Below are positions 58,801-64,000 of a stretch of DNA of 64,000 nt, in pieces. This DNA is from Elsinoe ampelina. Taxonomy: Eukaryota. The stretch spans positions 2,124,919 to 2,188,918 of the forward strand of contig ML992503.1 in assembly GCA_010093995.1 (NCBI GenBank). Direction: 5' to 3'. The first letter of the stretch is position 1. Each line of letters opens with the position of its first letter. The notes below the pieces were generated by a model that saw only the letters and a list, made by a program, of their open reading frames with translations, made no database searches and had not been told where the DNA came from. Position numbers and translations under genes: made by a program.

Positions 58801-59339
58801 CGCCGGCGATTGCTGTCCTCCTCGCCCATGAGATTGACCTGCAGAAGAGCCTCATCGACGTAAGCAAAATGAATGGCTCTTGGAAGGAGCGTCTTGATTC
58901 TCGCAATGTCTGACAGATCTAGCTTCTTCCCAATGTGACTTTCCACTGAAGATTTGATGGTCTCAAAAGTGGTGGCGATAGCTTTCCGAGTACAGCAGAA
59001 AGTGTAGACCAGGTTCAGTGCCTTGTGAACAGTTTCGAGCTGCTTAAATTTGTCTGGCCAGGGTATTGAAGTCTCTATCATGTTTGAAGAAGAATTACGG
59101 CGGAGTGTACCCGGTCTGGCTTTGCCGTCAGCCGTCCGTCGAGGCTTTTTGCCACCATCGTGAGTCTTGGTTGGCACGGTCGTAGTGGCTTGAGAAGGAG
59201 AAGCATTCTCTGTATCATTCTGATTTGGCGATGATGCTGTGTCGTGACCGTCCTGATGCTCATCCCCCGATTGAGTACGTTTGCGCTTGCGATGGAAGAC
59301 AACCTTGTTCGACAAGGTTGACGCTTGAAGCTTGACCAT
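55830..59339 (-). CDS. HRQ1: RecQ4/Hrq1-like DEAH-box DNA helicase with C-terminal Cys-rich (DUF1998/MrfA) domain
   Basis: LYAHQAEA, TSTSSGKS, FPTKALAQDQ, TNPDMLH, VVDELH, SAT, QQSGRAGR, HAAEHA and C-x-C-x2-GC-x2-C. Confidence 0.93.
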   Translation of the reverse strand: MVKLQASTLSNKVVFHRKRKRTQSGDEHQDGHDTASSPNQNDTENASPSQATTTVPTKTHDGGKKPRRTADGKARPGTLRRNSSSNMIETSIPWPDKFKQLETVHKALNLVYTFCCTRKAIATTFETIKSSVESHIGKKLDLSDIARIKTLLPRAIHFAYVDEALLQVNLMGEEDSNRRRRAKEFMLPDPADAVENSEHREVLLFEFIDGDLKRQVSHKKTGEPTKVTRKLREEDLKMPVFSQKQMLNLITKRNTKFTSAVNAWLNECTEEGVDPVEKLDLDHAANIPAPADSRPATPNPEARAKLPKSIPDERDSIPQIISEIKSMEWYTGQIVPDGHRVFDPQAPVYGDLNFELSQSLVNALYNTRSITQLYAHQAEAINNLYDGHNVIVSTSTSSGKSLIYQIPVLHELERNKDARAMYIFPTKALAQDQRRSLKDIMHFMDGLQDMVVDTFDGDTPMPTRNYIRDEARIIFTNPDMLHITILPQEEAWRTFLQNLRFVVVDELHVYNGLFGAHVALIMRRLRRICTAVGNRHVKFISCSATVANPEQHMKTIFGVDEVKLTDYDGSPSGRKEFLCWNTPFKDPADPSSGRGDTMAEAAKLFCQLVLRGVRVISFCRVRKQCEVMLNSVKQELQALERPEVINRIMAYRGGYTPQDRRMIEKEMFTGKLVGIVGTNALELGVDIGSLDAVITVGFPYTVANLRQQSGRAGRRNKDSLSVLVGDCFPTDQYFMENPDEIFTKPHCELSIDLTNMLVLEGHLQCAAHEMPVHPDNDEAYFGKLLTEICTTRMRKDDLGFYHTDERFLPYPSRTVAIRDTADSHFAIIDTTANRNTVLEELEADRAFFTIYEGGIFLHQGHTYLVKEMSTERMVAKVELVKVDWTTQQRDFTDIDPIETEAIRRIPGSLSRAFFGTIKVVQNVFGFFKIDKKRRILDAVEVDNPPIVIFSKGMWLDVPKSAIEILDSRRLNVAGAIHAAEHAILSLMPNFVISMPGDVKTECKVAIKEFAKKETTRKRPARLTFYDSKGGAHGSGISTKAFEFIDLLLVQACKRVEACHCNEGCLECCCSERCKEANMVMSKAGAEVILRSLLNLEIDVDNLPWGPEDERMPAGIETVCLASEVRPAPGRRVEIVEVKREGGEREMVVIGEMDEDGGEREVVVKQEVID

Positions 59340-59753
59340 TGAGACTCAATTAATTCAGAGAATGCCCATATCGCACGAGTAGATTTCAGCACATGCGCTC
59401 TCCGGGAAAGCTAGCAAGGCATGTGTCATCAAGTGCTGTTTCGTGGTGAGAAATGTGGTTGTACCTGAAAGTCACGGCCACGAAGGGGCGTCGGGTGGCG
59501 AAGCGGCAAAGGTTCCGTAATCACGTGCCTGAATGCTCAACATACAACCAATTCACATCTTTGCATATCGTCGAACCAATGTCACGTGCGTTCATTCACA
59601 TCTCTCCGCGGCCACACTCTTGTAAATGGTGGTTTCTGCCAACCATTTCGGTGGCGCTCTGCTCCAATGGGTACAGGCAGCGAGGCCATCCAACAACTCC
59701 TTAGACATGCACATGAAGGGCCCTTGCCACCGGACAACATTTTCAATCCGAAT

Positions 59754-60287
59754 CTACAGACGTCCCTCCTTCCTGCCCGCTTCCTTCATCGCCCACTCTC
59801 CGTCAACGAGGATACACCATCCCTCGCTCCCTCCACCGCCATCACCACCGACTGCAGCTCCAGGAAACTCTTTCTTGGCTAATGCGAGGACCTCGGAGTC
59901 AAAACTACCAGGCTGAAGCCAAACTGATCTGATACCCACTTCCTTTGCTTCTTTCAATAGCTTCGAGGTGACTGACGGAGGAGTGATGACAGACAAGCTT
60001 GTGTTCTTCGGATCTGACAATGCCGATGGTGAGGCTTTCGTCTCGAAGCTCTTGTTACGAACGTCAACACTTGATGTTGTCGGATTCAAAGGTGTAGGAG
60101 TAATGCCATGCGCGAGGTACCATGCAAATACTGCGATTAATCAGTGGTGGCTCCGTATGCTCACTATAAAACCACCCATACTTTTGTTCCCGAATTTGCG
60201 AGGGTCCGAAGATGCGCCAGCGACAGCGAACTTTGACGAAGCGAAGAAGACCTTTGCGGCCTTTTCCATCTCCTCTTCGGAACTCAT
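59754..60287 (-). CDS. CoA-binding (YccU-like) Rossmann protein; intron 60131-60181
   Basis: FAVAGASSDPRKFGNK|IFAWY, SLSVITPP, VWLQPGS and WCILVDG. Confidence 0.85.
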
Positions 60288-60575
60288 CTCGATGTTATCT
60301 TGAGAGGATGAATGGAGCAGCAATGAGCACTTCGGTTAGCCTCGGCAATGACGATGAGGCAAGAAGGATGGCGATATCGGACTTCGCGGAGTCGCAACGA
60401 CGATGCAACAGCGATGATCAAGTTTGATTGCAGTATAAGTTGTGTCAGCAGTCCGGGTCTGAAGTTCAGATCTAAAAACGATGTGAGCACAAAAGGTTGG
60501 ACGTCTTTGAATTCACCATACCTCATTTCATTTCATCGCTGTAGATAGCTCAGAAGTGAGACATTCAGTGCCACC

Positions 60576-61506
60576 ATGGCGACATTTGCGTACGTAAAGT
60601 CGTCATGTACATTGCGGATACATTGGCTAACGAAATACCAGCAACAAGACATTCAACACGGCATCATACGCAGCAGTCCGACCATCTTATCCGAACAAAC
60701 TTTACGACATTGTTCTTAAATATCACCAGGGACCCCGCAATCAGTGTCTCGATCTAGGATGCGGCCATGGCATCGTCGCTCGCCAATTTGGCGGCAACTT
60801 CAAAAACTTCTTGGGGACGGACCCTTCCCCAGGCATGGTTGAACAGGCTAGAAAGCTCACACCACAATCTGAGTACGGTAGTGCCAGTTTTCAAGTGGGC
60901 TTCGCACATGACGATGTGCCCATCCCTGATGGGGGCGTCGACATGGTCACAGCGGCAGAGGCAGCACATTGGTTCGACTATCCCAAGCTGTACAAGTTAT
61001 TGAATGCGAAAGTGCGCAAAGGAGGGACGCTGGCCTTCTGGGGATACAAGGATCATGTTTTCGTGGACCTTCCGAAGTCGACGGCTGTCATGGACAAGTA
61101 CGTCTATGTACAGGATAAGGACAGGCTCGGACCATATTGGCCGAAAGGACGCGAGATCCTCACCAACAATATGAGGGCCATCGTGCCGCCAGAGTCTGAC
61201 TGGGAGGATCTTGAAAGGATCGAGTATGAGCCAGGAACGAATGGTAAGAATAGCGGGGAGGGCACACTCTTGATGAGCAAGACTCTAAAGGTTGGCGAGT
61301 GTAAGGCGTATTTCAGAACATGGAGCTCTTATCATGGATGGCAAGAGGCTCATCCAGACATGAAAGCGAGGAATCTGGGAGGGTCAGGTGATGTGATAGA
61401 CGTGATGTTCGACGAGATGGCTGCCGAGGATGATATCATGCGGGATGAGGAACAGTCTCTGAATATTGAATGGGGCACGGCATTGATCCTTGCAAGGAAG
61501 AAGTAA
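60576..61506 (+). CDS. SAM-dependent methyltransferase (Tmt1/Crg1-like); intron ~60590-60641
   Basis: MATFA|NKTFNTASYAAVRPSYP, LDLGCGHG, GTDPSPGM, AEAAHWFD, GGTLAFWGY and RTWSSYH. Confidence 0.88.
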
Positions 61507-61758
61507 GATCATCGACGACAGTTGACAGTCAGGGCGGAGAAGGCGAATTGTTTACACTCTTGTCGGTTTACCCTAGCAACCAGACGCGCTTTCCCACCTA
61601 ATGACATTTCCTAATCGAGCCACATTTCAAACACTGCCAAGCTGGAGAGGAGACCGCATTTTTGGAAGCATCAACTTCAACAACTTGCGACCGTGACAAC
61701 AGCTGCCAGTACGAATATCAAGAGTCACCATATCAGTCCCTCGATCACACCTTTCATA

Positions 61759-62477
61759 ATGGTGAGTTCCTCTCTGCGGATTTTGCATTCCTCCTTCGCC
61801 CAGCCGACTGGACCCTGTAATCAAGAATAAACAACAGCCTCATTCCTGCTGTCTCAGTCAGCTCAGCGCCGCGAAATCACATCGCGAATGCACGAAGATC
61901 GCAGAGTACGAGAACGAATATTGATGGACAAACGCTAACCATGTCTTCTAAACAGGCCAGCACAAATTACAAGGAGGCATTTGCGCTCTTCGACCGCCGC
62001 GGAAACGGACGTGTCACCCAGGACTCACTCGGCGACCTGCTTCGCGCATGCGGACAGAACCCAACACTCTCTGAGATCTCCGACCTCGAGAAGTCCGTCG
62101 GCTCAGATTTCGACTTTGATTCGTTCCAGAAGGTTTTGAACAGGCCCGGTGGTTTCCGTGACCCAGGCGAGCCGGAAGAATACTGCAGAGGTTTCCAGGT
62201 GTTTGACAAGGAGATGACTGGATTCATTGGTGTTGGTCAGCTACGATACAGTATGTCACGAGAAGAAGAAATTGGACACGAAGAGCCAGGCTGACAATAC
62301 ACGTAGTCCTCACAAACCTCGGAGAGAAGATGAGCGACGATGAGGTGGACGAGCTCCTCAAAGCCGTCGACACTAGCAGCGGCGAGATCAACTACATGGG
62401 TAAGCAGGCTCTAGATCGGCAAGCAACGTTGGGACTGACATGCTACAGATCTTGTCAAGACAATCCTCGCCAACTAG
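61759..62477 (+). CDS. cdc4: Myosin light chain (Cdc4/Mlc1); introns 61762-61955, 62251-62306, 62400-62448
   Basis: ASTNYKEAFALFDRRGNG..LGDLLRACGQNPTL..GFQVFDKEMTGFIGVGQLRYILTNLGEKM..DLVKTILAN. Confidence 0.93.
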
Positions 62478-62605
62478 ACGGAACGAAAAGCAATGTCTAT
62501 ACTCTTAATGTTTCAGCGAGCACGATCGGCGTTGGGTCTCCTCCACAGTCATGACCTTTTGCATGACAACCAGATAGCCTTCCAATGAACCAATACCCTC
62601 CATCA

Positions 62606-63259
62606 TCATACTGAGCCTCGCTCGTCCCTCGCAATCTCTCTTGCCAGCATCTCCGCCTCCTCCCTCATCACCTCCGCCGATCTATCCTTCCTCTCCTCGT
62701 CCGTCGCAAACTTCCTTTTTGACTTGCCTTGCCGTTCCCTCAAGTGCCCTCCCACGTTCCCGCCTTCCCCTTCTAGTTCAGCATAGATTGCGTCTCCGCC
62801 GCCCCGGTCATCCATGTCCCCCTCCCTCCTCGGAATGACATGGCAATGCACATGCGGGACGCTTTGTCCAGCAGCCAACCCATCCTGAATCGCCACGTTG
62901 AAAGCTGTAGCGTTGAAGACTCTTTTGAGAGTTGGTTGAAGCTTTTGTACTGTGAGGAACAGATCGCTGATTTCCGCCGAGGATAACTGTGATAGATGCG
63001 GTACAACTCTGTGCGGGCAGACCAGGATGTGGCCTGGCAGCAAGGGGCGCAAATTGACCAGGGCAAAGGAGTGAGGCGTGCGGTGGAAGACCTATGGAGT
63101 CAGATGCGAGCATGTGAAACATTGTGTGGGCAAATAGGACGCAGGGGCATGATAGTGACGGGTACAGGAATCGAGAGATCAAGGAAACTTGAATCGTACT
63201 TGTGGTGTAACAGTGAATGACCCAAACCGCACGGCATTGCTCAGAGAAGGTGGCGGCAT
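62606..63259 (-). CDS. HNT2: HIT-family diadenosine polyphosphate hydrolase (Fhit/Hnt2); intron ~63092-63199
   Basis: SFALVNLRPLLPGHILVCP, IQDGLAAGQSVPHVHCHVIPR and MREEA. Confidence 0.9.
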
Positions 63260-63604
63260 GTCAGCCTCGAGCTGGGTATCGCCCATGGACAACAAATATT
63301 GAATCTAGGATTTTAGCACAGCCAACGTCTCGCTTGAAATCTTTATCGTGAGCTCTGCAGTAGCGTCAGAGATGGAGGAAGTTGGGAAGCAGAAAGTGCA
63401 GATCTAGGATGAGATGAGATGAGAGGTGTTGGCACGTGAAGCAAGTCAGAACTTCTGTCACATGTTTTTTCTCCAACCTCACAACTAACATTCAAATTCG
63501 AATCCTCACGACAACTCTTCTTTGGGGGCCGCGATTCCCTCAAAGCTGTCAACGGACTGCATCGATGTCATTCCACAAGCCATAGCACGACACAGTACTC
63601 CAAC

Positions 63605-64000
63605 ATGCCTGCCGAAATCCACACCTACCACTGCCCCTGCACTTCTCTCCTCTTCGCCAGCTCGACCCTTCTCACTTCTCTTCCTCAGCGCAAACTCGAC
63701 TCTACTACCATTCTTCCGGTCACGAGCTCCCCGACACCCATCTCCCCGACCAGCAATCCGCACTTTGCAACCCTCTACTCCAAGCTAGAAGAGCACATCT
63801 TCGACCCCTCTCCCCAGGACTCACACAACCCTCACGCGACCAACGGCAGCAGCGCAGAGAAAAGAGTCAAGCTAGACCAGAGTGTCAAGAGTGAGGAAGC
63901 CCTGCCGAAAGAGTTTGTCGCAAGTCTCGAGGATGGATTTGAGAAGCGCTACCTCTTGAGATGTGGCAAGTGTGAGGCGCCTTGGGGGTATCTGCTGGAC
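63605..64000 (+). CDS. STEEP1/UPF0428-like Zn-binding protein (runs off the window end)
   Basis: MPAEIHTYHCPC...LPQRKLD...ILP...DGFEKRYLLRCGKC..WGYLLD, open to the window end. Confidence 0.7.
   Translation, partial: MPAEIHTYHCPCTSLLFASSTLLTSLPQRKLDSTTILPVTSSPTPISPTSNPHFATLYSKLEEHIFDPSPQDSHNPHATNGSSAEKRVKLDQSVKSEEALPKEFVASLEDGFEKRYLLRCGKCEAPWGYLLD

Noticed and set aside
59754..59765. C-terminal -GRL of the CoA-binding protein as PTS1
   Set aside because: Only a weak variant of the consensus, which is insufficient evidence.
1..64000. tRNA, rRNA, CRISPR, secondary-metabolite cluster or Starship-type element
   Set aside because: No cloverleaf, rRNA, spacer array, PKS/NRPS or tyrosine-recombinase signature seen by eye. 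Small ncRNAs cannot be excluded without covariance-model searches.

Overview
Gene-dense 64 kb of a filamentous ascomycete (Pezizomycotina) nuclear genome. This is shown by short GT-AG introns with CTAAC/CTGAC branch points, and a Dothideomycete affinity is inference only. About 27 intact protein-coding genes are present, mostly housekeeping: PIM1/Lon, LysM protein, ATG22, IgE-binding-like secreted protein, DDI1, GNAT, CFEM, glutaminase GtaA, RPS17, MRP51, MDJ1, BRO1, VPS36, a 1301-aa repeat protein, an esterase, cystathionine beta-lyase, TDA10-like kinase, FOX2, BBC1, SAP30-like, HRQ1, CoA-binding protein, methyltransferase, cdc4/MLC, a HIT hydrolase and a STEEP1-like gene. There is also a decayed metallo-beta-lactamase-fold pseudogene. 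One full-length, heavily RIP-mutated Ty1/Copia LTR retrotransposon lies at 33837-40488, with 142-bp LTRs, a GAAAG TSD, a half-tRNA-iMet-type PBS and an 800-N assembly gap. The most notable result comes from manually reversing the RIP mutations in the 1.6 kb between pol and the 3' LTR. This reveals an antisense, intron-containing ~370-codon gene with a DUF3716-like six-cysteine domain, i.e. an accessory gene carried by the Copia element. Other observations are a protein with nine ~44-aa repeats, a 166-codon in-frame extension with an RVxF motif behind the SAP30 stop, and a recurring C-rich to G-rich switch at the 3' ends of about ten genes. All family assignments come from motif recall, not database searches.
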